A stretch of DNA of 64,000 bases from Bacteroidales bacterium (lineage in GTDB: Bacteria; Bacteroidota; Bacteroidia; Bacteroidales; UBA3663). Positions within the stretch are counted from its first letter, which is position 1. Every line of letters starts with the position of its first letter. Position numbers and translations under genes: made by a program. The stretch covers positions 26,487 through 90,486 of the forward strand of contig JAFZBE010000041.1 in assembly GCA_017561935.1 (NCBI GenBank), in the 5' to 3' direction. Shown here one piece after another: positions 39,445 through 48,942 of the stretch. The notes under the pieces are model-generated. The model searched no databases. It was not told where the DNA came from and saw only the letters and a list, made by a program, of their open reading frames with translations.

Positions 39445-40287
39445 ATGTTAGGAGCAATCATTGGCGATATCGCCGGATCAACATTTGAGTTCAATAACAC
39501 GCACGACTACTACTTCCCGCTCTTCGCCGAAGAGAGCAATTTCACCGACGACAGCATCTGCAGCGTCGCTGTTGCCGAGTGGCTTCTCGACGACCCTAAT
39601 CTCTCGCACGAGGTTTTGGAACAGAAACTGGTAGAGTTTGCCAAGGACTTTCCTTGCCCGATGGGAGGATATGGTGGAGGCTTCCGCACCTGGCTCTTCC
39701 ATCCCGAACGCCTCAAGGACTATCGTGGTTTCTATACGGGCGGCGAACGTGTACCCTATAATTCCTGGGGCAACGGATCGGCTATGCGCGTTTCTGCAGT
39801 TGGATGGATGTTCGATTCGCTTCGGCAGACTGAGAATGCAGCCGAGATTTCGGCATCCATCACCCACAATCACCCCGAGGGCATCAAGGGTGCGCAAGCC
39901 ACGGCCGCAGCTATCTTCATGGCGCGGACAGGTAGCACCAAGGAGGAAATACGCAAGTACATCGAAGAGAAATATGGCTATGACCTGCATCGTACCTGCG
40001 ATGACATTCGTCCGACTTACTATTTCAATGGTAGCTGCCAAGGAACCGTTCCCGAAGCCATCATCGCTTTTCTCGACAGCCATGACTTCGTCGATGCCAT
40101 CCGTCTGGCCGTTAGCCTGGGTGGCGACAGCGACACGCTTGCCTGCATCACTGGAGGCATAGCTGAGGCCTTCTACAAGGAAATTCCGTCTGACCTTGCC
40201 GGTGATGCACTCGACAAGCTGCCACCACGTTTTATCGAGGTCATCGGTCGGCTGCAGGAGAAAGGCCATTACATCAAGACGTTCTAA
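39445..40287 (+). CDS. ADP-ribosylglycohydrolase
   Basis: MLGAIIGDIAGS, FTDD, GNGSAMR, THNHPEG and GGDSDT motifs. Confidence 0.95.
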   Translation: MLGAIIGDIAGSTFEFNNTHDYYFPLFAEESNFTDDSICSVAVAEWLLDDPNLSHEVLEQKLVEFAKDFPCPMGGYGGGFRTWLFHPERLKDYRGFYTGGERVPYNSWGNGSAMRVSAVGWMFDSLRQTENAAEISASITHNHPEGIKGAQATAAAIFMARTGSTKEEIRKYIEEKYGYDLHRTCDDIRPTYYFNGSCQGTVPEAIIAFLDSHDFVDAIRLAVSLGGDSDTLACITGGIAEAFYKEIPSDLAGDALDKLPPRFIEVIGRLQEKGHYIKTF

Positions 40288-40360
40288 TGGCCAATGCCAT
40301 CTTATTCAAGCAACACACTTTTTAAATAAATATTACAGTCAAACTTAAAAAACATTTGTT

Positions 40361-41425
40361 ATGGAGAAAAAAGCTAGAATCTACAACCTGATTATCGTTG
40401 ACGAAAGTGGTTCCATGGGCCACCTTCGCGAATCCACCCTCTCAGGTATCAACGAGACAATTGGAACCATCCGCAATGCACAGAATGAGTTCAAGGACAC
40501 GCAGGAGCATACCCTGACGCTGGTCACTTTCGACACTGGCAACAAGCCCTATGTGCGGACGATGATTGATAACAAGCCCATCACCGAGGTCAAGGAGTTC
40601 TCGGATTATAAGCCCAATGGCTGCACTCCTCTCTACGATGCGATGGGACAGTCGCTGACACGCCTGCACGACCGCATCAAGGATGACCCCGATGCAGCAG
40701 CTGTAGTCACGATCCTGACCGATGGATTGGAGAATGCCTCACGCGAATGGAATGCACGATCCTTGCGCACCCTGATTGAGAAACTGAAGGCCGAAGGCTG
40801 GTCGTTCTCTTACATGGGTTCGGCACACAATGTGAAGGAGGTGACCGATCTGCTTGCTATCGACAATGTGGTAGAGTTCAGTCATGACGATCGTGGAACC
40901 CGCAGCAGCTGGCGGCGTGAGTCGTCGTCGAAGTGCGCCTTCTTCAGGAAGATGAATGACGTTTATAGTTCGCCCATGATGGATGCATCAGAGATTCTGG
41001 ACCGCAAACGTCAGTTCGCTCGCGAATACTACGGAAACAGGGTAAGTCCAGACCAGATTTCTCATCTTGAAGCTGGCGAAATCTTCGTCTTCGGCAGCAA
41101 CATCCGGGGATATCACGCAGGTGGAGCTGCTGCAGCTGCAATGGATCACTTCGGTGCCATCTGGGGCCAGGGCGAAGGCTTGCAGGGACAGAGCTATGCT
41201 ATCCCGACGATGGAAGGCATCGAAAGCCTGGAGAATGCCGTAAATAGGTTTACGCAATTTGCAGCCGAACATCCCGATATGCGCTTCCTCGTGACTCGCA
41301 TCGGTTGTGGCATCGCCGGCTATACTCCCGACACGATTGCCCCCTTGTTCCGCGACTGCATCAACCTTGAGAACGTCGCCCTTCCCGCCGATTTCTGGAA
41401 AGTATTGGGTCTCACGATGTATTAA
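40361..41425 (+). CDS. vWA domain fused to an A1S_2505-like (Macro-related) domain
   Basis: MIDAS motifs DESGSM, TPLYDA and TDG.EN; C-terminal EIFVFGSN..G.H.GGAA, GQSYAIPT and VTRIGCGIAG. Confidence 0.8.
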   Translation: MEKKARIYNLIIVDESGSMGHLRESTLSGINETIGTIRNAQNEFKDTQEHTLTLVTFDTGNKPYVRTMIDNKPITEVKEFSDYKPNGCTPLYDAMGQSLTRLHDRIKDDPDAAAVVTILTDGLENASREWNARSLRTLIEKLKAEGWSFSYMGSAHNVKEVTDLLAIDNVVEFSHDDRGTRSSWRRESSSKCAFFRKMNDVYSSPMMDASEILDRKRQFAREYYGNRVSPDQISHLEAGEIFVFGSNIRGYHAGGAAAAAMDHFGAIWGQGEGLQGQSYAIPTMEGIESLENAVNRFTQFAAEHPDMRFLVTRIGCGIAGYTPDTIAPLFRDCINLENVALPADFWKVLGLTMY

Positions 41426-42034
41426 GAAATGCTTTAAAAAGGCAGCAGGGGAGAGCCTGCTTCGGTTGGCTCTCTCCTGCTGTTTGATTGTTGTACGAAT
41501 CGAATTCATGATTCGGTTCTTGGTGCTCTTGGCGACATCCTCGTTGCTGTACCCCAGTCGCTCGGCCAGTTCCCTCATCGTCTTGTGGTTGTAGTAGTAA
41601 CCTTCAAGCAAGGCCCTTTGTCGAGGATTCAGCATCTTGATCGCTCGTTCGATGGCTTTCATCTTGCGTTCCTTCTCCCGTTCGCTCTCTTCGATGAAAT
41701 CGACCCACGATTGGATCTCCTTCTGAATGCCGTCCAGTCGGTCGGCGGTTAAGTTTTCATCGTCGAGCGATGTCTCCAGGTTTTCATACGTCCGCTTGCG
41801 CAGATACTCATGTGCCTTCTTGTCACATACACTCAGCATGTACGCCAACAGTTTGTTCGGCATCTCAGGCAGTGTTCCGTCCGTCAGCTTTTCCAAAAGG
41901 AGCAGCCAAGCGTCTTGCAGAATGTCTTTGGCATCGTATTCAGGAATCCTGAAACGTTGCGTCAACATAATCATCACTTTCGATCGAGTTTTCTCCTCCA
42001 ACTCATTCATGATTTCCAAATACTCTCTCTTCAT
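40988..42034 (-). CDS. Sigma-70/ECF-like RNA polymerase sigma factor; 3' end uncertain
   Basis: Region 2 DAKDILQDAW; region 4 L..RQR.LL..YY....TM.ELA..LGY. The recognisable part ends near 41440 but no stop occurs until 40988. Confidence 0.75.
   Translation of the reverse strand: MKREYLEIMNELEEKTRSKVMIMLTQRFRIPEYDAKDILQDAWLLLLEKLTDGTLPEMPNKLLAYMLSVCDKKAHEYLRKRTYENLETSLDDENLTADRLDGIQKEIQSWVDFIEESEREKERKMKAIERAIKMLNPRQRALLEGYYYNHKTMRELAERLGYSNEDVAKSTKNRIMNSIRTTIKQQERANRSRLSPAAFLKHFLIHRETQYFPEIGGKGDVLKVDAVAEQGGNRVGSIAGDATTDASHEEAHIGMFGCKLRKPIYGILQAFDAFHRRDSIALSLQAFALAPDGTEVIHCSCSSSTCVISPDVAAEDEDFASFKMRNLVWTYPVSVVFASELTFAVQNL
41436..41486. terminator. Bidirectional terminator-like hairpin
   Basis: AAAAAGGCAGCAGGGGAGAGCC...GGCTCTCTCCTGCTGTTT. 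Confidence 0.7.
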
Positions 42035-42173
42035 AATCGCTAAAAGTTTGTCGAATTGCAGCGCGAAGATAGGAAAAATTTTTAAATCCTCCAAATTTTT
42101 TCGCGACTTTTTGCATTTTTCGACTCACTTTTTCTCACAAATCACTTTTTTTACTCAAAAACGACGTTGTTTC

Positions 42174-42299
42174 TGCGTCATTTTTACGCAAAATAATATT
42201 CCCTTCCTTCATATTCCCTCATTATCGGCCAAATATCGCTGAATTATCCAATATATTCATAGAAATGTGTTCTCGTTGTAGTAGTGTAAAACTGACGCG
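42174..42299. promoter_or_regulatory. Two putative NrtR operators upstream of the sigma gene
   Basis: TGCGT-CATTTTT-ACGCA (42174-42190) and AGTGT-AAAACTG-ACGCG (42283-42299). Confidence 0.5.
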
Positions 42300-42324
42300 G
42301 ACTTGGTTGATGATGATTTGGTTC

Positions 42325-43266
42325 TTATTTGGAAGGTTCGACCTTAAGTCGTTTCATTTCCATCATACAGCTGGTGGCCCACCACGAACGCAGGTCGTTC
42401 GAATAATCCTGCTCCACCATGAAGTAATGCGTATAGAGGTAATGCTGGCTGTTGGTTGTGTTCCAGCTTACCTCAATCTCCCCTTTCTTCGGGATTGACA
42501 GTTCAAAACGGAAATCCACCGTCTTGCCATCGCCTGCCATCACAAGTGGCGTGGTGACCTTCGCGAGTTCGACGATGAACTCTTTGTATTTTTGATTCAG
42601 TTCCGGATCATAGCCTTTGCCCAACGTGCCCTTTTCCCCTGTGGCCACCTCCTTGATTGTCTCTTCGAGGAAGGTGGCCTTGTTGCCTAACATCGAACAG
42701 GAGAAACTGCGCTGCAACCGTCGGCGGTTGAGCCTCTTCTTGTTGGTCAGCGACTCCTGAAGGGCATTCTGCATCCGCTCGATAGTGCGACGTTCTTCGG
42801 CTTCGCGTGCCTCACGTTTCACGCGCTGCATTCTCACGGCTTCGATGATACATTCCTCGACACCTTCACGCGTATAAACTAGTCGCACATTATCGGTGTC
42901 GTCACCGTAATGCAGACAGACGTAATCTCTTCCGGCCAGATAGACCCACGCATGATATTGGTATTGGGGTGGGAAGGATTGGCGACGCACTTCCTCGTCG
43001 AGCCTTTGCAGCGTTGAGGCCACAAACTCCGTGTCTATCCGATGCTGGTCCGATGCCGCCCAGTCGGTTAGCTGACGGATGAGTGCCTTGCCTTCCGCCA
43101 AATAATCTTCGGCCATTGCCTCGTCTTCCTCCAAATAGTTTTGGTATTCCGACATCAGTTGCGCTTCGAGCCTGCCGACGCAGTCTTCGCCGGTAGTTTC
43201 GCAGTGCATGTATTCACTTCGCAGGTTGTCAAACTCCGTCACTTTGACTGTCAGTCCCTTTCCCAT
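42325..43266 (-). CDS. Hypothetical protein
   Basis: 313-aa ORF with a central charged coiled-coil; no family recognised. Confidence 0.75.
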   Translation of the reverse strand: MGKGLTVKVTEFDNLRSEYMHCETTGEDCVGRLEAQLMSEYQNYLEEDEAMAEDYLAEGKALIRQLTDWAASDQHRIDTEFVASTLQRLDEEVRRQSFPPQYQYHAWVYLAGRDYVCLHYGDDTDNVRLVYTREGVEECIIEAVRMQRVKREAREAEERRTIERMQNALQESLTNKKRLNRRRLQRSFSCSMLGNKATFLEETIKEVATGEKGTLGKGYDPELNQKYKEFIVELAKVTTPLVMAGDGKTVDFRFELSIPKKGEIEVSWNTTNSQHYLYTHYFMVEQDYSNDLRSWWATSCMMEMKRLKVEPSK

Positions 43267-43311
43267 CTTGTTAATGCTCTTGTTTTCGCTTCTTGTATTA
43301 TGCTTGTTTTG

Positions 43312-43466
43312 GGTCGCTTCGCTCAAAATCAAAAGAAAATCATTTACAAAATCTTCTACGGACTATAGGGACTTTAAGGAGAGTGTGGCTCAAAGAGAAT
43401 AGTCCATTATGTCCGATGAGTCCGTAGATTTTTATCAGATTTTGAGAAATTTTGAGCGAAGCGACC
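43312..43466. repeat. MITE/REP-like long palindromic element
   Basis: 18-bp perfect inverted repeat GGTCGCTTCGCTCAAAAT / ATTTTGAGCGAAGCGACC with an inner TCTACGGACT / AGTCCGTAGA stem. Confidence 0.85.
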
Positions 43467-43635
43467 TTATGTTATCATCCGCTTGTGTTTTCAATTTGCC
43501 GAAATGGATGCTGCAAAAATAGGAATTATTCTGCATTCTTCCAATTTTTGACCTCAAAATCCAAAAAAGTCACTCGATTTTTTGGATTCTTCCCCGATTT
43601 CTTTTATCTTTGTGCCCAGAAAAACACCCAACATC

Positions 43636-45696
43636 ATGATTAACCGACAACTTCTTCATCCCGAAAGCATCGTAGTTATAGGTGGCTCGAACAACGTCCA
43701 CAAACCGGGCGGAGCCATCGTGCGCAACCTCATTCAAGGTGGATACCAGGGCATCCTCCGCATTGTCAATCCCAAGGAAGACGAGATCCAGGGCATCAAG
43801 GCTTTCCACGATGCCAAGGAGATACCGCCCACCGAAATGGCCATCCTCGTTGTTGCAGCTAAGTATTGTCCCGATTACGCCGAATACCTTGCAGCTGAAA
43901 AAGGAGTGCGTGCCTTCATCATCATCTCGGCAGGTTTTGGCGAAGAGACAGCCGAAGGCGCCAAACGCGAACAGCGCATCCTCGACACGTGCGAGAAGTA
44001 CGGCTGTGCGCTCATCGGTCCCAACTGCATCGGTATGATGAACGCCTGGTATCACGGTGTCTTCACCAAGCCAATTCCACAACTCACCGCCAAGGGCGCC
44101 GACTTCATCTCGGGCAGTGGTGCTACGGCCGTATTCATTCTCGAGTCGGCGGTCAGCAAGGGATTGCCGTTCTGCTCGGTATGGAGCATCGGCAACGGGA
44201 AGCAGATTGGCATCGAGGACGTGCTTCAGTACATGGACGAAAACTTCGATGCCGAACGGGACTCGCACATCAAGTTGCTCTATATCGAGAATATCTCCGA
44301 CCCCGACAAGTTGCTCTATCATGCAGGCTCGCTCATCCGCAAGGGCTGTCGCATCGCAGCCATCAAGGCAGGAAGCAGCGAGAGTGGTTCACGTGCGGCC
44401 AGTTCTCATACGGGAGCCATTGCCAGCAGCGATTCGGCTGTCGAGGCACTCTTCCGCAAAGCTGGTATCGTGCGTTGCTTCTCGCGCGAAGAGCTCACCA
44501 CAGTGGGTTGCATCTTCACCCTTCCTGCGTTGAACGGAAGGAACTTTGCCATCGTTACCCATGCTGGAGGTCCTGGTGTGATGCTGACCGATGCCTTGTC
44601 GAAAGGCGGTCTGCAGGTGCCTCATCTCTCGGGCCCCGACACCGAGGAACTGAAGACGAAGCTCTTTCAGGGTGCTGCCGTGAGCAATCCCATCGACATC
44701 CTGGCTACGGGCACACCCGAGCAATTGGGCATCGCCATCGACTATTGCGAAAAACGTTTCGACACCATCGATGCCATCTTCGTCATCTTCGGGTCCCCAG
44801 GTCTAGTACAGCTCTATGAGGCTTACGATGTGCTTCACAAGAAGATACTCGAATGCCACAAGCCCATCTTCCCCATCTTGCCGTCGATGAACACCGCAGG
44901 TCCCGAGGTGGCCGAATTCCTGGCCAAGGGACATGTCAACTTCTCCGACGAGGTGACGGTGGCCAACTGTCTCGTCCGCGTGATGAACACACCCAAGCCG
45001 GCGCCGGCCGAAGTCACACTCTTTGGTGTCGATGTAATTAAGATTCGCGACATCGTGAGCTCCATCAAACAGAGCGGTTATATCTCGCCCGACCTTGTGC
45101 GCCAGATATTCAGCTGTGCCGGTATCCCCATGGTGCCCGAGATGGTGAGCGAACGTAAGGAAGATTTGCTTGCCTTCGCCGAGAAGATTGGCTATCCCGT
45201 GGTTGCCAAGGTCGTTGGACCCATCCACAAGAGCGATGTGGGAGGTGTGACATTGAATATCCGCGATGCCGAACACCTTGCCTGGGAGTTCGACCACAAA
45301 ATGAAGATCGAGGGTGCTACCGCCGTGATGGTTCAAAAGATGCTGCGTGGCACCGAGCTATTCATCGGTGCCAAGTACGAGCCGCGTTTCGGCCATGTTG
45401 TGCTCTGCGGTTTGGGCGGCATCTTTGTCGAAGTGCTCAAGGATGTGTCCAGTGGTCTCGCTCCCTTGTCGGTTTCCGAAGCCGAATCGATGATCCACAG
45501 TCTCCGTGGCTACAAGATTATCAAGGGCACACGTGGACAAAAGGGCATCAACGAGCACAAGTATATGGAGATCATCGTGCGTCTTTCCACTCTGCTTCGT
45601 TTCGCTACCGAAATAAAGGAAATGGACATCAACCCGCTCATCGCTGATGACAACGATGTAGTCGCTGTTGATGCCCGTATCCGAATCGAAAAATAA
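43636..45696 (+). CDS. Acetate/acyl-CoA ligase (ADP-forming), fused subunits
   Basis: ISAGFGE, IGPNCIG, SHTG (phospho-His), HKSDVGGV and EMDINPL motifs. Confidence 0.93.
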   Translation: MINRQLLHPESIVVIGGSNNVHKPGGAIVRNLIQGGYQGILRIVNPKEDEIQGIKAFHDAKEIPPTEMAILVVAAKYCPDYAEYLAAEKGVRAFIIISAGFGEETAEGAKREQRILDTCEKYGCALIGPNCIGMMNAWYHGVFTKPIPQLTAKGADFISGSGATAVFILESAVSKGLPFCSVWSIGNGKQIGIEDVLQYMDENFDAERDSHIKLLYIENISDPDKLLYHAGSLIRKGCRIAAIKAGSSESGSRAASSHTGAIASSDSAVEALFRKAGIVRCFSREELTTVGCIFTLPALNGRNFAIVTHAGGPGVMLTDALSKGGLQVPHLSGPDTEELKTKLFQGAAVSNPIDILATGTPEQLGIAIDYCEKRFDTIDAIFVIFGSPGLVQLYEAYDVLHKKILECHKPIFPILPSMNTAGPEVAEFLAKGHVNFSDEVTVANCLVRVMNTPKPAPAEVTLFGVDVIKIRDIVSSIKQSGYISPDLVRQIFSCAGIPMVPEMVSERKEDLLAFAEKIGYPVVAKVVGPIHKSDVGGVTLNIRDAEHLAWEFDHKMKIEGATAVMVQKMLRGTELFIGAKYEPRFGHVVLCGLGGIFVEVLKDVSSGLAPLSVSEAESMIHSLRGYKIIKGTRGQKGINEHKYMEIIVRLSTLLRFATEIKEMDINPLIADDNDVVAVDARIRIEK

Positions 45697-45725
45697 AGTG
45701 ATCGGGGTGTAGTTTCAAGGATGGA

Positions 45726-46373
45726 CTATGCCTCGTATTCCGTGGGGTCGAAGCCTTCGAGGGCTTCCTTGCGTTCGATGCAGGTGCCGCACTTGCCGCA
45801 GTGGCGGTCATGGCCCTTGTAGCAGGAGTAGGTGTGGGCGTAATCGACACCGAGTTCACGACCACGTAGCGCGATGTCGCGTTTGGAAAGTGGAGTGTAG
45901 GGGGTGAGGAGCGTCACACCGTTGGTGGTGCCTGCCTCGATGGCGCGGCTCATGGCAACGACGAAGTCGGGACGGCAATCGGGATAGACGAAGTGGTCGC
46001 CCGAATGGTTGGCCATGAGCACGTACTGCAAACCCTGGCTTTCGGCGATGCCGGCAGCGATGCTGAGCATGACACCGTTGCGAAAAGGTACGATGGTCGA
46101 TTTCATGTTCGTCTCGTCATAATGTCCGTCGGGTATCTCCTCGTATCCGTTCTTGAGAAGACTGGAACGGAAGTACTGCTCCATGAAGTCGAATGAGATG
46201 ACGAGGTGAGGTATGCCGAGTTTATGACACTGCCAGCGGGCACAGGCAATCTCGTGCTCAGCGTGGCGTGAATGATAGTCGAAGGTGAGGGCCAGGGCGA
46301 TGCGCTCCTGGAATTCGTGGAGCAGCGTCACGCTGTCCATGCCGCCGCTCAGGATAATAATACTGTCTTTCAT
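45726..46373 (-). CDS. queC: 7-cyano-7-deazaguanine synthase QueC
   Basis: SGGMDS, VPFRN, YPDCR and SCY...CG.C.TC motifs. Confidence 0.95.
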   Translation of the reverse strand: MKDSIIILSGGMDSVTLLHEFQERIALALTFDYHSRHAEHEIACARWQCHKLGIPHLVISFDFMEQYFRSSLLKNGYEEIPDGHYDETNMKSTIVPFRNGVMLSIAAGIAESQGLQYVLMANHSGDHFVYPDCRPDFVVAMSRAIEAGTTNGVTLLTPYTPLSKRDIALRGRELGVDYAHTYSCYKGHDRHCGKCGTCIERKEALEGFDPTEYEA

Positions 46374-46525
46374 TTGTTTCTTTTTCCTTAAACTGCGGCA
46401 AAATTACGGCTTTTTGAGCATTTTTCCAAGGATTTCAGTTTTTTTTAGAATAAAAATTTGCTTTCTACGGATTTGTTGCGTAAATTTGCCCCCAAAATTG
46501 ACATATCTACTTAACCCAAATAAAT

Positions 46526-47017
46526 ATGAAGAAGACACTCTTGATGGCTTTTGCCATTGTTGCAGCTGTCGCACTGACTGGCTGCAAAAGTAAGAAAACC
46601 CTTTCCGAGGCTGCTACCGTTGCATCTCCTACCGAGGAGGTAAAGGAAGTGGAGCCAATCACCTACACCACGCCTACGCGTACCACGACTCGTACCCAGC
46701 CTGTTGCCCAGGCCGGTGATCGTCAGGAGAAGGTATCAGTGGTGAACAGTGGTGATGCAGGACTCTTGAAGGACTACAATGTTGTGGTTGGCGCATTCAG
46801 CAACAAGGCCAACGCTGATAACTTCAAGGCCAAGATGGTGAGCCGTGGCTACAACGCATTCCTGGTACAGAACGAGGCTGGCCTCTATCGTGTAGTGGCT
46901 GGCGGTTATGACACCCGCGCCCAGGCTGTGAGTGTGCGTGACAATATCCGTTCGACCTACGCCAACGATGATCCGGGCACATGTCCAGCCGCATGGTTGC
47001 TCATCCCAGCATATTAA
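46526..47017 (+). CDS. SPOR-domain lipoprotein
   Basis: Lipobox LTGC; YNVVVGAFSNKANA and YRV motifs. Confidence 0.88.
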   Translation: MKKTLLMAFAIVAAVALTGCKSKKTLSEAATVASPTEEVKEVEPITYTTPTRTTTRTQPVAQAGDRQEKVSVVNSGDAGLLKDYNVVVGAFSNKANADNFKAKMVSRGYNAFLVQNEAGLYRVVAGGYDTRAQAVSVRDNIRSTYANDDPGTCPAAWLLIPAY

Positions 47018-47039
47018 TACGTTTTTTTCACGTTTATTG

Positions 47040-47080
47040 AAGCCAGATACTTGGGGCATTGCTCCAAGTGTTTGGCTTTC
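47040..47080 (+). terminator. Terminator-like hairpin
   Basis: GAAGCCAGATACTTGGGGCA-T-TGCTCCAAGTGTTTGGCTTT. Confidence 0.6.
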
Positions 47081-47122
47081 TGCGCTTATTTAGCTGATAC
47101 AACGGGACCGATTGCAACACTC

Positions 47123-48934
47123 ATGTTGAAATACTTATTACTCACCTCACTGTTTCTTTGCCTTCTTTTTCCAAGCAGGGCCCAGACCAACTACGAGCAG
47201 ACCATCTGCTCGCACGGATACACTCCTGGTCAGACACATGACTGGAGCCTTGAGTCGGACATCAATCTGCCCCGGCCTCGCTTGGCCTTTATCAATCTGC
47301 ACTCCAAATACGGAATCCCCTACACCAGGACTTCCAACTTACGCGATACCATCGAATATTTCGATGCTTTGGGCAATTACTTCATGAAGCGCGCCATCGT
47401 CAACGTGCAGGGTGCCACTTCTACCTCATTTCCCAAGCGCAATGTCAAGTTGCAGCTCATCGACGATGACTGGAAGGGCGAAGTCGTGCCCACTGTTGAC
47501 TTTGACGGGTGGGTAAAACAAGATCATTTCCACCTCAAGGCATTCTATACCGACTGGTTGCGCGGTGTCGGAATCGTAGGCTACCAGCTCTTCGACCAGA
47601 TGGAACAGAAGATGCCTGCTTCGAGCAATCGCATCTGGAAGCGTGCAGGCGTGGAGGGACACAAGAACGCACGTTGCTACCCCGACGGCTTCCCTTGCAT
47701 GATGTTCCTCAACGGCGAGTTCTGGGGCATCTGCACCTGGCAGCTTGCCAAGCATCGCCGCAACATGGCACAAGAGAAGTACAATGCCCTCCATATCCAT
47801 CTGGACGGTAATATGAACGAAACAAACTTCTGGTTCGACAACGTGAAGTGGAGTGCAATCGAGGTGCGCAATCCCAGAGGACTTTACGACATGGATGGCA
47901 ATGTCTACGATGGAGCCACCGAACTCATCGACAGCAGTTCGCCCTACTATGCGCTGTCCGACGATCCGCAGGACGTGCGCCAGGCCAAACAACGCTCTGC
48001 CCAAGTCAAGCAGGCCGTCATCAGCCTCACACGACGAGTGGGAGAGGTGGCCGACTTGAAGCGAAACGGAGCCTCGGCCGAAGAGATTCGCCAAGCCATT
48101 GCCCGCCACTTCGATGTAGAGTCGATGGTCAACTACCTCGTGTTCAGCATCGTGACAAGCAATTACGACGGCTTCGCCAAAAACTGGCAATGGCTCACCT
48201 ACGATGGTGGCGAAACGTGGCACGTGGCACCCTACGACCTCGACTGCACCTTCGGCAACTATCATGAGGGCACTTTCGTCTTCCCTGCTCGATTCTCGTA
48301 TAGCGACAGCGACTACCGCTTCCAGATTTCGCGGCGTGGCATCGCCACGTGGTTCTGGGATTACTACTTTGACGAAATCCAGGCACGCTACACCGAATTG
48401 CGCGACAGCGGTGTCATCAGCCTGAAGAACATCTCGGATCTCATACACGCATGGCACGACCACATCGGCAGCGACCTCTACGACATGGAGTGGACACGCT
48501 GGCCCAACGCCCTCTGCATCAGCCAGACTATCACTAATCCCGGATGGACAGTCTCTGATGACTGGACCGACCAATTCAACTATTTGCCCGAGTGGAAAGA
48601 TGATGTCACTTATCAGCCTGGCGATGTCTGTCGTCTGGCTAGACGTGTCTGGATTGCCTCTTCCGTCACCCAGGGCGTGCGTCCCTATCAGCAACTTGGC
48701 TACACCGACAGCCTCGACCGCCTGGATGACTGGATCGATGAACGTATCGCGCTCGAAGACTCCTACTTCAGTTATACTGCCCCTCCCGAAAGTCTCGAAC
48801 AGGTCTCTCACTCTGATGCGACTCACGCCATCGCTGTCCTTGCCCCCGATGGCACTCCGCGCACCCGTCTCGCTCGTGGCATCAACATCGTGCGCTACGA
48901 TGACGGATCCTCGCGCATCGTCTATTTACGTTAA
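47123..48934 (+). CDS. CotH-family kinase with CBM5/12-like insert, likely T9SS cargo
   Basis: VQGATS..FPKRN, HLKA, NYDGFAKN and PYDLDCTFG motifs; W....TY.PGD insert; GINIVR CTD-like tail. Confidence 0.8.
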   Translation: MLKYLLLTSLFLCLLFPSRAQTNYEQTICSHGYTPGQTHDWSLESDINLPRPRLAFINLHSKYGIPYTRTSNLRDTIEYFDALGNYFMKRAIVNVQGATSTSFPKRNVKLQLIDDDWKGEVVPTVDFDGWVKQDHFHLKAFYTDWLRGVGIVGYQLFDQMEQKMPASSNRIWKRAGVEGHKNARCYPDGFPCMMFLNGEFWGICTWQLAKHRRNMAQEKYNALHIHLDGNMNETNFWFDNVKWSAIEVRNPRGLYDMDGNVYDGATELIDSSSPYYALSDDPQDVRQAKQRSAQVKQAVISLTRRVGEVADLKRNGASAEEIRQAIARHFDVESMVNYLVFSIVTSNYDGFAKNWQWLTYDGGETWHVAPYDLDCTFGNYHEGTFVFPARFSYSDSDYRFQISRRGIATWFWDYYFDEIQARYTELRDSGVISLKNISDLIHAWHDHIGSDLYDMEWTRWPNALCISQTITNPGWTVSDDWTDQFNYLPEWKDDVTYQPGDVCRLARRVWIASSVTQGVRPYQQLGYTDSLDRLDDWIDERIALEDSYFSYTAPPESLEQVSHSDATHAIAVLAPDGTPRTRLARGINIVRYDDGSSRIVYLR

Positions 48935-48942
48935 ATAACTCT

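Noticed and set aside
43330-43448. Bacteroides-type invertible promoter between the 18-bp inverted repeats
   Set aside because: I found no TAnnTTTG inside, the interior is itself palindromic, and no recombinase is nearby. Kept as a repeat element.
31758-46373. gluQ plus queC as a deazaguanine DNA-modification (dpd) system
   Set aside because: They are about 13 kb apart in housekeeping context with no dpdA/tgt-like genes; ordinary queuosine metabolism explains them.
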